Below are positions 23,983-33,365 of a DNA stretch of 64,000 bases, piece after piece. A model generated the notes under the pieces. It saw only the letters and a list, made by a program, of their open reading frames with translations, did no database searches and was not told where the DNA came from. A program made the position numbers and the translations under genes. The stretch is taken from contig OZ241332.1 of the NCBI GenBank assembly GCA_965200125.1, positions 1,668,749 through 1,732,748 on the forward strand. Direction: 5' to 3'. The stretch is from an uncultured Candidatus Binatia bacterium. Its GTDB lineage: Bacteria > Desulfobacterota > Binatia > Bin18. The first letter of the stretch is position 1. Every line of letters begins with the position of its first letter.

Positions 23983-24186
23983 ATGAAGCTGACCGTTGTG
24001 GTCCATCAGGCAGAGGAAGGTGGGTATTGGGCGGAAGTGCCGGCTATTCCCGGATGTGCAACGCAGGGAGATACCTACGAAGCTCTGTTGAAAAACGTTT
24101 ACGAAGCCGTTGAGGGCTGCCTGTCGATCGACGTGCCAGACGTTCCCGTCTCGGAGACGGACCGAGTCGTCGAAATTACACTGTGA
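23983..24186 (+). CDS. hicB: HicB-family antitoxin (UPF0150, minimal form)
   Basis: 67 aa of the UPF0150 type (VVHQAEEGGYWAEVPAIPGCATQGDTYEAL). It overlaps hicA by ATGA. Local GC is only about 53%. Confidence 0.8.
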   Translation: MKLTVVVHQAEEGGYWAEVPAIPGCATQGDTYEALLKNVYEAVEGCLSIDVPDVPVSETDRVVEITL

Positions 24187-24389
24187 AAACCATTACTGGA
24201 AAAAAGTTCTGTCAGCTTCTCGGTTCCCGGGGATGGCAGTTGAAACGGATCAGCGGCAGTCACCACATCTACACGAAGACAGGAGTCGCGGCATCTCTCT
24301 CGATTCCGGTTCATGGCGGCGCAATTCTGAAACGCGGTCTCCAGAAACACCTGATGAAAATCGCAGGAATCGACGATTCGGAACTGTAG
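24183..24389 (+). CDS. hicA: HicA mRNA interferase toxin
   Basis: 68 aa YcfA/HicA fold (GKKFCQLLGSRGWQLKRISGSHHIY). Confidence 0.85.
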   Translation: MKTITGKKFCQLLGSRGWQLKRISGSHHIYTKTGVAASLSIPVHGGAILKRGLQKHLMKIAGIDDSEL

Positions 24390-24524
24390 GGGGCACTCAG
24401 CAGAACAGACGTGCGAGGAGCCTGTCAGCCGTTTCGACCTCACGTGCAAGGAGGAAGCGAAACCAGCGGCGCTCTGAATCGTACAGGTTCGCTTTGCGCT
24501 TCAGAGAAAAGCGACATTATCATC

Positions 24525-25268
24525 ATGACCAAAGCGGTACTCTTCGACTTCGGCGGCACACTGTTCGATTATGCGACGACCGCCGCGGGCGAACGTGCGT
24601 GTCTGCTCGAATTGGCCCGACAGGCAGGGACCGGCGCGGACGCGGAGACCGTCCAGCGGGCTTACCGGGCCGCCCTCAAGGCGGTGTTCTACCGCTACCT
24701 GCCGCGGCCGTTCTATTTCCACCGCGACCTGTTCGAGGACGCCCTGCAAGAGACCGCGGCGCGGTTCGACACCCGGTTTACGGACGCACAGTTGGCCGAT
24801 TACCGAGTGCGATTATGGGAACGGCGCGAACGGGAGTTTCGCCTGCGTCCCGGGGTGCGCGATACGCTGACCGCCTTGCGCGGGCGCGGCCTGCATGTCG
24901 GCATCGTGAGCAATGCGGACAACGACCACTTTGCGCATCTCATGCACCTCTCCGGTCTGGACGCCTGCGTGGACGCGGCGCTGACCAGCGAAGACGCCCG
25001 GTCGTGCAAGCCGGACCAAGCCATTTTCTCCCTGGCCCTGGACCGGGCGGGCTGCGCCCCGGACCAGACGTGGTTCGTGGGAGATTCGCTGCAACAGGAC
25101 GTTGCCGGGGCCAACCGGGCCGGGATGCACGCGGCGTTGATCTGGTCGCAGCCGCACGTTCCGGCTCCCGACGCAGAGGACCAGCCGGAGCGCGTCATCC
25201 ACGCCATTCCCGAACTGCTGGAGATCGTCCGACTGCCAATCCCGGCGACCCACCCCGACCGGCGGTGA
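24525..25268 (+). CDS. HAD-superfamily hydrolase (subfamily IA)
   Basis: Motif I (AVLFDFGGTL) and a VGIVSNAD motif. The start is set at MTKAVLF within ORF 24411..25268. Confidence 0.75.
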   Translation: MTKAVLFDFGGTLFDYATTAAGERACLLELARQAGTGADAETVQRAYRAALKAVFYRYLPRPFYFHRDLFEDALQETAARFDTRFTDAQLADYRVRLWERREREFRLRPGVRDTLTALRGRGLHVGIVSNADNDHFAHLMHLSGLDACVDAALTSEDARSCKPDQAIFSLALDRAGCAPDQTWFVGDSLQQDVAGANRAGMHAALIWSQPHVPAPDAEDQPERVIHAIPELLEIVRLPIPATHPDRR

Positions 25269-25283
25269 AGCGGAAAACTCCCC

Positions 25284-27752
25284 ATGCGCAAACTGACGAT
25301 CGTCGCCGCGGTGCTGGCCGTCGTGATCGCGCTGGTCGCGTTTGCGTTGAGCAATCTGGATACGCTCATCGCCGACAACAAGGACCGGATTGTGGCGCAG
25401 GTCGTCGACACGCTGGGACGCGAGGTGGACATCGATGAAATCGGCGTGAGCCTGTGGCCGGGCATCGGGGTCCGCCTGAACGGGTTTCGAGTGGCCGACG
25501 ACCCGACTTTTTCGTCCGAGGATTTCGTGCGCGCCGAGGCCGCCCGGCTGAACGTCGCGCTGTGGCCGCTGCTGTCCCGCGACGTCCGGGTCACCCGCTT
25601 CGTGCTCCAGAAGCCGGAGATTCGGATCATTCGGGACGCACACGGACGGTTCAACTTCGAGAGCCTGACCCCGACTCCGGCAGCCGAGGCGGCGGGCGAG
25701 GCAGACGCGCCGCCAGCCGAGGAACAGCCACAGGCCGGCCTGCCCCTCCTGGTCGCGTTGCTCGACATCGAGGACGGTGCGGTCCACTTCCAGGACCGGG
25801 CGGACGGCGCCGAACTCCGCGTCGGCCGGATCGAATTACGCGCGCGCGACGTGAGCTTCGACACGCCAGTCCACCTCAAACTCGAAGCCGCGCTGCTTTC
25901 GGACCGCCGGAACGTCTTCATCGACCTGCGGGCCGGTCCGCTCGGTGCCGACGTGGAAACGCTGGGTCCCGTTCCGCTCGACGGCAGCCTGGAACTGCGC
26001 GGACTCGACCCGGCCGGCCTGCTCCGCGCCCTGCCGAGCGTGGCGCGATCCCTCCCGCCCGCGCTCCTCCCGCTGTTGGACGAGACCGGATCCGTGAGCC
26101 TCAAAGCCGGAGTGTCCGGTCGCATGGACGGGCTCCGGCTTTCCGACGTGGACCTGCGGGCGGTCATCTTCGGGGCGGAGAGACCCAATCTGCGGCTCGC
26201 CGGCAGCCTGGGCCCGGTGGCGGTCGGGAGTGCCGACTCGCCGGAAGATACCGCGCTCGACGTGAATCTCGCGCTGAGGCCGGTCGCGGGCGAGCGGGTA
26301 CTCGAACACGCCGCTCTGCACGAACTGGTGTCCCCGGACTTGACGGTGAGCGGCCCGATTTCCGCGGGACTGACGGCAACGGGAACGCTCGACGCGTTGG
26401 CGCTGACGGGCACGGTGGACGCGGCGGCGAGCGCGCTGCGGTTCGGCGATCTGGTCTCCAAGGCCGCGGACCAACCCTTGAAACTCTCCATGCGCGCGGA
26501 ATGGACGCCCGCGGCGATAGACGTCCCGGAACTGCGGGTCGAGGCGAACCGGTTGCAGGTGAAGGCAGACGGCCGATTCGGCCTGGGCGCTGCGCCAGCG
26601 ATGAGCATGCGCCTCCGCTCCGCGCAGATCGGGGAATCGTTGCTCGAAGCCGCGGTGCGCATCGAGCGCTTCGCACCACTGCAGGCGGAATACGAAATCA
26701 CCGCGCCGCTGCTCCGCTTGGCCGACCTGCAAGACGACGCCGGCGCCACAGCTTTGGAGAGCGTGCAGGCGAGCGGCCGGATCCGGCGGCAGGACACCGG
26801 GTTCCGGCATACGGGCCGCCTCGAGGTCGAACGGGGAGCCGTTGCGGTTATGGAGTTCAGCGACTTCCGGCTTACCTCCTCGATCGCCGACCGAGTCGCG
26901 CGCCTCACCGACGTACAACTGCGGGCGTTCGGAGGCACCATGACGGGCCGCGGGCAGTACGCCTTCGACGCCGAGCCTCCGCGCTTTTCCGCGCAGACGC
27001 GCGTTACGGACGTGAAACTTTCCGAGTTCTTCGGCTCCGTCCTGGCGACCGCTCCGCAGAACATCGACGGGACGGCGACGGCCGACTTGCGGATCGAAGG
27101 CAGCGGGGCGGATTGGGAGGCGATCCGCCCCGGCTTGCGCGGGGAAGGTCGGCTGGGCGTGGCCGACGGCGCGGTGCGCGACGTCAACATCGCCGAAGGC
27201 GTGCTGTCCGGCCTGACCGGCATTCCGGGGCTGTCGCTGCGCATCCCGCAACGGCTCCGCAACCGCTATCCCGCGGTGTTCACGGCGCAGGATACCGCGT
27301 TCGACGAATTCGCCGCGCGCTTCCGCATCCTCGGCGGATCGCTGGAGGTCGAGCGGCTGCGCATCGCCGCGCGCGACTTTCTGGCCCAAGGCGCCGGTAG
27401 CATGGATTTCGACCAGAAGGTCGATCTGGACGCGTCGCTGACGCTCTCCAAAGATTTGTCCGCGGATCTGATCCACACGGTGAAGGAACTGCGCTACATC
27501 GCGGCCGGGGACGGACGCATCGAGATTCCGTTCGTCCTGACCGGCGTGGCCCCGAACCTGCGGCCGGCGCCGGACGCCGCACATATCGGCCGTCTCCTGC
27601 AGCGAGCCGCAACCGGGGTGTTGAAAGAAGAGGTTATGGACAAGCTCCTGCGACCGAAACAGCCCCGCGAATCCGACGAGGATGCCGATCGGAAGCCCGA
27701 CCTCGGAGACCAACTCCTCCGTCAGGGGTTGGACGCGCTGTTCGGCCGCTGA
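25284..27752 (+). CDS. AsmA-family outer-membrane biogenesis protein
   Basis: 822 aa. An N-terminal signal-anchor is followed by a long, low-complexity AsmA-like body. Confidence 0.75.
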   Translation: MRKLTIVAAVLAVVIALVAFALSNLDTLIADNKDRIVAQVVDTLGREVDIDEIGVSLWPGIGVRLNGFRVADDPTFSSEDFVRAEAARLNVALWPLLSRDVRVTRFVLQKPEIRIIRDAHGRFNFESLTPTPAAEAAGEADAPPAEEQPQAGLPLLVALLDIEDGAVHFQDRADGAELRVGRIELRARDVSFDTPVHLKLEAALLSDRRNVFIDLRAGPLGADVETLGPVPLDGSLELRGLDPAGLLRALPSVARSLPPALLPLLDETGSVSLKAGVSGRMDGLRLSDVDLRAVIFGAERPNLRLAGSLGPVAVGSADSPEDTALDVNLALRPVAGERVLEHAALHELVSPDLTVSGPISAGLTATGTLDALALTGTVDAAASALRFGDLVSKAADQPLKLSMRAEWTPAAIDVPELRVEANRLQVKADGRFGLGAAPAMSMRLRSAQIGESLLEAAVRIERFAPLQAEYEITAPLLRLADLQDDAGATALESVQASGRIRRQDTGFRHTGRLEVERGAVAVMEFSDFRLTSSIADRVARLTDVQLRAFGGTMTGRGQYAFDAEPPRFSAQTRVTDVKLSEFFGSVLATAPQNIDGTATADLRIEGSGADWEAIRPGLRGEGRLGVADGAVRDVNIAEGVLSGLTGIPGLSLRIPQRLRNRYPAVFTAQDTAFDEFAARFRILGGSLEVERLRIAARDFLAQGAGSMDFDQKVDLDASLTLSKDLSADLIHTVKELRYIAAGDGRIEIPFVLTGVAPNLRPAPDAAHIGRLLQRAATGVLKEEVMDKLLRPKQPRESDEDADRKPDLGDQLLRQGLDALFGR

Positions 27753-27900
27753 CGGGATCAGGGGTCCGTGGCCGGTCGCCAGAGACGCACGACCGCACCA
27801 CTCGGTTGCCGTCATCCGACCCCCAGCCGGTCCGATCTTTCCCTGTCCCCCGGCAAAATGCTATGCCAGCCACATTCTGCCGCGTGGAGGGAGATGACGA

Positions 27901-28395
27901 ATGTGGAAATCGCGTGTCCGAGCCAGCCTGTTGCCTTTACTCCTCGGCACCCTGCTCGTCGGGGTTGACCCGACGGCCCGCAACGCGGCCGCGGAAGACG
28001 CTATGGGCGCGCTCGAGGCGGCCTTTCAGGAACAGATCGCAGCGTTCAACAACGGCAACCTGGAAGCCGCGATTGCCGCGGCCCACCCCGACATCGTGCT
28101 GTACGGCATCTTTTCTCCATTCCCGGTTCAGGGAAAATCCGATTTCCAGAAATCCGTCCAAGCGTATTTCGGCCAGTACGAGGAAGCCGAACTGTCCCCG
28201 GTCACCCCGCAGTTCCGCATCGTGGGCACGACCGGCTTGGCGTGGGGCCATTACCAATTGGCCGCGGTGCCGCAGGGCGAGAAGCTGACCTACGCGCACG
28301 GGCGCTACCTGTTCGCCTACGCCAAGGTCGACGGAAAATGGCTCGTGCTGGGTATGGATTTCTCCCCGCTGGAATCGTACCGCTTCGCGCCCTGA
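27901..28395 (+). CDS. SnoaL-like/NTF2-fold secreted protein (DUF4440-like)
   Basis: Signal peptide followed by the NTF2-like pattern (FNNGNLEAAIAAAHPDIVLYG...KWLVL). Confidence 0.6.
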   Translation: MWKSRVRASLLPLLLGTLLVGVDPTARNAAAEDAMGALEAAFQEQIAAFNNGNLEAAIAAAHPDIVLYGIFSPFPVQGKSDFQKSVQAYFGQYEEAELSPVTPQFRIVGTTGLAWGHYQLAAVPQGEKLTYAHGRYLFAYAKVDGKWLVLGMDFSPLESYRFAP

Positions 28396-28422
28396 GCCGG
28401 CGGGCGCGCGTCCGAGGCCGAG

Positions 28423-29304
28423 ATGGCCGACCGTGAACCATCGCGAGCCGAGTTGGAGGCGGAACTCGCCGTCCTGCGGCAGCGGGTAGCCCGACTCGAA
28501 GCCGCGGCCGCGGAGCATCGCCATGCCGAGACGGCGCTGCGCGACACCGAGGCGCGGCAACGCATCATCAACGAGTCGGCCTTCGATTATGCGTTTTCGT
28601 TCCGCGTGGCCGCGGACGGCGCGTTCATTCTGGACTGGCTGACCGAAGGCTTCACCCGCATCACCGGCTACACGGCGCACACCCTGCTCGGCAAACCGAA
28701 TCCGCTCCGCCGATACATCCATCCCGACGACTTGGCCCGGGTGACGCAGACGTTGCAGGCGCTGTCCCCGGAGCGGCCCACGGAGTACGAATTCCGCATC
28801 GTCACGCAGGACGGCAGCATCAAGTGGCTCCGCTCGCGTGCCCGGGCGCGCATCCGTGACGATGGGGCACCCGCGCACATCGACGGTGCGACCCAGGACA
28901 TCACCGACCGCAAACATGTAGAAGAGGCGCTGCAGCAGAGCGAAGAACGCTTCACCCTGTTCCTCGACCACCTGCCCGGCATTGCGTTCATCAAAGACCT
29001 GGACGGCCGCTACCTGTACGCCAATCACGCCCTGGTCGAACGCTGGAAGATGTTGTTTCCAGACCGCGCCCTCACGTGGTTGGGACGCACCGACGACGAC
29101 ATTCTGCCCCCCGAAGACGCCGAGCGGGTGCGCGCCAGCGACCGGAGCGTCCTGGCGACCGGTCAAGGCCAACAGATGGTCGAACCCGTCCCCCATCCCG
29201 ACGGGCCGCAGGAGTGGCTGGTGAGCAAATTCCCCATCGTCGATCCGTGGGGGGTGCCGATCATGCTGGGCGGAGTGGGCATCGACGTCACCAAACGGTC
29301 TTGA
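28423..29304 (+). CDS. tandem PAS-domain sensor protein without recognisable output domain
   Basis: A coiled-coil N-terminus precedes two PAS/PAC units (ESAFDYAFSF...ITDRK; LDHLPGIAFIKD...IDVTKR). Confidence 0.7.
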   Translation: MADREPSRAELEAELAVLRQRVARLEAAAAEHRHAETALRDTEARQRIINESAFDYAFSFRVAADGAFILDWLTEGFTRITGYTAHTLLGKPNPLRRYIHPDDLARVTQTLQALSPERPTEYEFRIVTQDGSIKWLRSRARARIRDDGAPAHIDGATQDITDRKHVEEALQQSEERFTLFLDHLPGIAFIKDLDGRYLYANHALVERWKMLFPDRALTWLGRTDDDILPPEDAERVRASDRSVLATGQGQQMVEPVPHPDGPQEWLVSKFPIVDPWGVPIMLGGVGIDVTKRS

Positions 29305-29353
29305 TCCGTGCTGCGACGTTCCTCCGCAGCCATCGTGGAGAGCGGGCGTCGCC

Positions 29354-30382
29354 TTACGTGGCCGATTCCTTCTTCAACGCAGCCAGTTCCTGCTCCAGTT
29401 TCCGCACGCGGCGCAACAACGCCGGCAGTTTGGGCAGCGCCGCGGAAGTCCGCCGCCAGGACAGGACGTTCACCGCGGGATAGCCGCCGATCACGCTGTT
29501 CGCCGGCACGTCGTTGGGAATCCCGCTCTGGGCCACGACTCGGCTGTTCTCGCCGACGGTCAGATGCCCGGCCACCCCGACTTGGCCGCCGAGTTGCACG
29601 CGGTCGCCGAGCGTCGTGCTGCCGGCCAGCCCGACCTGGGCACACACGAACGCCGCGCGGCCCACGTCCGAGCCGTGGCCGATCTGGACCAAGTTGTCGA
29701 TCTTGGCCGCGGTGCGGATGCGCGTGGTCCCCGTAGTCGCGCGATCGACGGTCGTGTTCGCGCCGATCTCGACCGCGTCCTGCAACTCGACCGTACCGGC
29801 CTGCGGCTTGGCCATGATCGACCCGTCCGGCAGCGGCACGTAGCCGAAGCCGTCGCCGCCCACGACCACCCCGCTCTGCAACACCACGCGGTTGCCGATC
29901 GCCACCCGCTCGCGCACGACCGCGCCGGCGTGGGCCGTGAAATGATCGCCGATCCGCACGTCGGGGTACACGACCACGTGGGCGAAGAGGCGCGCGTGCG
30001 CCCCGATCTCGACCCGGTCGCCGATCACCGCGTACGGCCCGACCGAGGCATGGGCGCCGATGCGGGCGGACTCCGCAATCACCGCGGTCGGATGAATGCC
30101 CTCCGGCGGGGCGTACGCCGGAGAGAACCACCCCAGCACGGTCGCAACGGCCAATTCGGGATTGTCCGTGCGCAGCGAGGGGAGCGAGACCGGCGGCGCG
30201 TCGGTCGGCAGAATGACCGCGGCCGCGCGCGTATTCGGAAGTTTGGCGAAGTATTTCTTGTTGCTCACGAAGGTGAGATCGTGCGGGCCGGCCTCGTCAA
30301 CGGGTTGCAGACCGGAGACGTCGATGTCTCCATCTCCGTGGAGTTCGCAGTCCAGGCGTGTGGCGATGTCGGACAGTTTCAT
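29354..30382 (-). CDS. lpxD: UDP-3-O-(3-hydroxyacyl)glucosamine N-acyltransferase
   Basis: The sequence begins MKLSDIA. It contains hexapeptide repeats and an LpxD-specific N-domain. Confidence 0.9.
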   Translation of the reverse strand: MKLSDIATRLDCELHGDGDIDVSGLQPVDEAGPHDLTFVSNKKYFAKLPNTRAAAVILPTDAPPVSLPSLRTDNPELAVATVLGWFSPAYAPPEGIHPTAVIAESARIGAHASVGPYAVIGDRVEIGAHARLFAHVVVYPDVRIGDHFTAHAGAVVRERVAIGNRVVLQSGVVVGGDGFGYVPLPDGSIMAKPQAGTVELQDAVEIGANTTVDRATTGTTRIRTAAKIDNLVQIGHGSDVGRAAFVCAQVGLAGSTTLGDRVQLGGQVGVAGHLTVGENSRVVAQSGIPNDVPANSVIGGYPAVNVLSWRRTSAALPKLPALLRRVRKLEQELAALKKESAT

Positions 30383-30795
30383 GGTCGCGGCTCCCGTCGT
30401 TCGCGGCTTCGGTTGGAGGGCGCGTTGCGCCAAAGTCGTAGCAGACGTCCCATCTTCCGCCTATGCGGCGACGCCGGCTACGGGATGACGGGCGGGCGTG
30501 GCGTGGTCGGTATTTCCTGGGTGGATTCGTCGGCGCAGTGATCCGGGGACCCTCTACCCGGTCCTTGAGCCTGTCGAAAGTCAGGGGGGAGGAAGAGAGT
30601 TGAGTGAGGATCCCCGCGGCGGTGAATCCGTCTGGAACATTGCCAATAGAGACCCTCCCCGCGGGTGTCTTGCTTGCGGCGCACGGGGCGCTGTGGTAGG
30701 CAGGCGCGCAATCTCACGCGGGAGCACCGCGTTCCGTCGGTGCACGAGCATCCCCCCCGCTCTCGGAACCCCGCCCCTAGAAAAGAAAGCGCGAC

Positions 30796-31677
30796 ATGTC
30801 AGGTACGGAGATTCTGCGGCTCGGACTCCCCAAAGGGAGTCTGGAGGCGACGACCATCGAACTGTTCCGCAAGTCGGGTTGGAAGGTGACGACCAGTTCG
30901 CGCAGCTATTTTCCCAGCATCGACGACCCGAACATGCGTTGCGCCCTGGTGCGCGCGCAGGAGATGGCCCGCTACGTCGAGTCCGGGACGCTGGACGCCG
31001 GCATTACCGGCAAAGACTGGATCATGGAAAACCACGCCGCCGTCGAACCGGTCATCGACCTGGTGTACTCCAAGGCCAGCTTCCAGCCGACCCGCTGGGT
31101 CCTCGCGGTTCCGCAGGATTCGGGGATTCGGGAACTGGCCGACCTGAACGGCAAGAAGATCGCCACCGAGCTCGTGCAGTACACGACGCGCTATTTCGCC
31201 GAACGCAACATCCGGGTGGACGTGGAATTCTCCTGGGGAGCGACCGAAGCCAAGGCAGCGGACGGCTTGGTGGACGCGATCGTCGAAGTCACCGAGTCGG
31301 GTTCGACCATCCGCGCCCACGGACTCAAGATCATCCACGAACTGTTCCGCTCCAACCCGCAACTCATCGCCAACAAGGACGCGCTCCGCGACGACCGGAA
31401 ACGCGACAAGATCAACCAGATCGCCCTGCTGCTGAAGGGCGCGCTCAGTGCGGAAGCCAAAGTCGCCCTGAAGATGAACGTCCCCAAGCCGCAACTCGAC
31501 CGCATCGTCAAGATGCTGCCCAGCCTGACCGCGCCGACCGTCTCACCCCTCTACGAATCCGAGTGGTTCGCGGTCGAAAGCGTCATCGACGAGGACGTGG
31601 TCCGCGAGCTGATCCCGCAACTCATCAAGAACGGCGCGGTCGGGGTGATCGAGTACCCGCTCAACAAGATCGTCTAG
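30796..31677 (+). CDS. hisG: ATP phosphoribosyltransferase, long form with C-terminal regulatory domain
   Basis: 293 aa HisG-long. Confidence 0.9.
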   Translation: MSGTEILRLGLPKGSLEATTIELFRKSGWKVTTSSRSYFPSIDDPNMRCALVRAQEMARYVESGTLDAGITGKDWIMENHAAVEPVIDLVYSKASFQPTRWVLAVPQDSGIRELADLNGKKIATELVQYTTRYFAERNIRVDVEFSWGATEAKAADGLVDAIVEVTESGSTIRAHGLKIIHELFRSNPQLIANKDALRDDRKRDKINQIALLLKGALSAEAKVALKMNVPKPQLDRIVKMLPSLTAPTVSPLYESEWFAVESVIDEDVVRELIPQLIKNGAVGVIEYPLNKIV

Positions 31678-31731
31678 CGGGAACCGGCTGGTCTGTTCTT
31701 CTCCAGACGAGCACCGGACAGTGATACAGAC

Positions 31732-31766
31732 AAAAAAGGGAGCCATACGGCCCCCTTTTTCTTTTC
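31732..31766. terminator. bidirectional intrinsic terminator between hisG and the ferredoxin gene
   Basis: The sequence aaaaaa-GGGAGCC-atac-GGCCCCC-ttttt has a GC stem flanked by an A-run and a T-run. Confidence 0.65.
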
Positions 31767-31787
31767 ATGGTGCGGACAGTTCCGCGG

Positions 31788-32264
31788 TCAGGGCGCGGCT
31801 TCCTCGAGTTCGACACCGATCGTCGTCAGGAACGCCTCTTTCTCTTTCGTCGGCATGATGTAGATACCTTCCCAACCGCACACTTCTTCGCACAGCTTGC
31901 AGCCGACGCAGGTCTTCTCTTCGACTTCGACGCGACCCAGGTACTGCGGGCCGTTGTCGCCCGACGGCGTGATGCAGTCGAACGGGCAGACGTCGATGCA
32001 CACCCCGCAGCCGTTGCAGTTGTCCTGGTGGACGACCGCGATGGGGCGGTCGACGCGCTTCAGCACCTTGGTCAGATTGCCGAAGGTGTCCAGAATGGCG
32101 TCGTCCGGACAGATGACGCCGCACGCGCCGCAATCAACGCACATGTTGGGTTCGATCAGATAGGCTTTCTTGGGGTCGCCGCTGATGGCCCTGGTCGGGC
32201 AACGCTGCTCGCAGGCGCTGCAGCCGGTACAGTTCTCGGCGATGATGGTGAACGGCATGCGCAC
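31788..32264 (-). CDS. 4x[4Fe-4S] ferredoxin-domain protein
   Basis: Four CxxCxxCxxxCP motifs. Confidence 0.85.
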   Translation of the reverse strand: MRMPFTIIAENCTGCSACEQRCPTRAISGDPKKAYLIEPNMCVDCGACGVICPDDAILDTFGNLTKVLKRVDRPIAVVHQDNCNGCGVCIDVCPFDCITPSGDNGPQYLGRVEVEEKTCVGCKLCEEVCGWEGIYIMPTKEKEAFLTTIGVELEEAAP

Positions 32265-32270
32265 AACTCC

Positions 32271-32456
32271 CTATTTCTGCATCTCTTTCAGGATTTCGTC
32301 ACCGCGGCCTTCTTCGATCAACTGGTCGTTCTTGCGCGCTTCGCGGAAGGCCAACCACGTGAAATAGAAGATCAGGAACATCAGGCCGACGATAGGGATG
32401 TTGTCGGGCTTGAGGATGATTTCGAGGAATTGGTCCCAGCCGGTCTTGTGTATCAT
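32271..32456 (-). CDS. small single-TM membrane protein (61 aa; CcoQ/CoxIV-like accessory candidate)
   Basis: Good codon bias and a hydrophobic core (IVGLMFLIFYFTWLAF) with a charged tail. It lies 7 bp upstream of the ferredoxin gene and is divergent from coxB. Confidence 0.5.
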   Translation of the reverse strand: MIHKTGWDQFLEIILKPDNIPIVGLMFLIFYFTWLAFREARKNDQLIEEGRGDEILKEMQK

Positions 32457-32517
32457 CGGGGGGAGAACTACCGACTCGGTTCGGGCTTGTCAACATCGCG
32501 GCGCCCGACGGACGCTC

Positions 32518-32545
32518 TTGCTACAGGCCGGGTTTCCGGTATAAG
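32518..32545 (+). promoter_or_regulatory. candidate sigma70-type promoter for the cox operon
   Basis: TTGCTA, a 16-bp spacer, then TATAAG. It lies about 75 bp upstream of the coxB ATG. Confidence 0.3.
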
Positions 32546-32620
32546 AAGGGCGACTTTTCCGGCGCTTCTTTCTTCGGCTCTTTCCTTCGACTCTTTCCTT
32601 GGACAAGGGGTACGCATCTC

Positions 32621-33325
32621 ATGCTGCAATGGCTTCCCGAGGACGTCTCTCCGTACGGGGGGAGCATCGATTCGCTCTTCTATTTCATCTACTACATCAC
32701 CGCGGCCGCCTTCATCCTGGTCACCGCGGCGATGATCGTCTTCCTGATTCAATACCGTTACAAAGCCGGCCGACGCGCCACCTATACGCACGGCAGTTCC
32801 AGCCTGGAACTGGTCTGGACCATCGTTCCCGCGCTGGTGTTCATCGGCCTGGGGCTGGCCAGCAAGACGACCTGGGAACAGGTCAAGCTCGACGTGCCGG
32901 AGACCGACATCGAAGTCCGGATCACCGGCAAACAATTCAACTGGGAAATTCTGTACCCCGGCCCGGACGGTGAATTCGAGACCGACGACGACTATCAGGT
33001 CGATAACGACATCCACGTGCCCGTCGGCAAGCCGGTGCGGGTCTTCCTCCACTCCAGGGACGTGATTCACAGCCTGTTTCTGCCCCACCTCCGCTTCAAA
33101 CAGGATACCGTCCCCGGCCGGGAGATCGAGGCGTGGTTCCAGGCCGACAAACCCGGCGCGTACGAAATGCCGTGCGCCGAATTGTGCGGCTTCGGGCATT
33201 CGGGCATGAAGGGAATGTTGTACGTCGATACGCCCGAAGACTACGCCGCTTGGTACGCCGAGCGCTGGCCGAGCCCGACGGAGAACGGCGCGGCCACGGA
33301 ACCCGACGCAGAGCAAGGCGTTTGA
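32621..33325 (+). CDS. coxB: cytochrome c oxidase subunit II (CuA)
   Basis: Two transmembrane helices and the CuA site (HSxxxPxxxFK...CAELCGFGHSGM). No fused cytochrome c domain. Confidence 0.92.
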   Translation: MLQWLPEDVSPYGGSIDSLFYFIYYITAAAFILVTAAMIVFLIQYRYKAGRRATYTHGSSSLELVWTIVPALVFIGLGLASKTTWEQVKLDVPETDIEVRITGKQFNWEILYPGPDGEFETDDDYQVDNDIHVPVGKPVRVFLHSRDVIHSLFLPHLRFKQDTVPGREIEAWFQADKPGAYEMPCAELCGFGHSGMKGMLYVDTPEDYAAWYAERWPSPTENGAATEPDAEQGV

Positions 33326-33365
33326 GACCCCCCTGCCCGCCCGACGCGACGACAGGAGAGCGATC

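Noticed and set aside
24800-27262. 820-aa minus-strand ORF
   Set aside because: It is antisense to asmA and the HAD hydrolase. It is Ser/Arg/Ala-rich nonsense.
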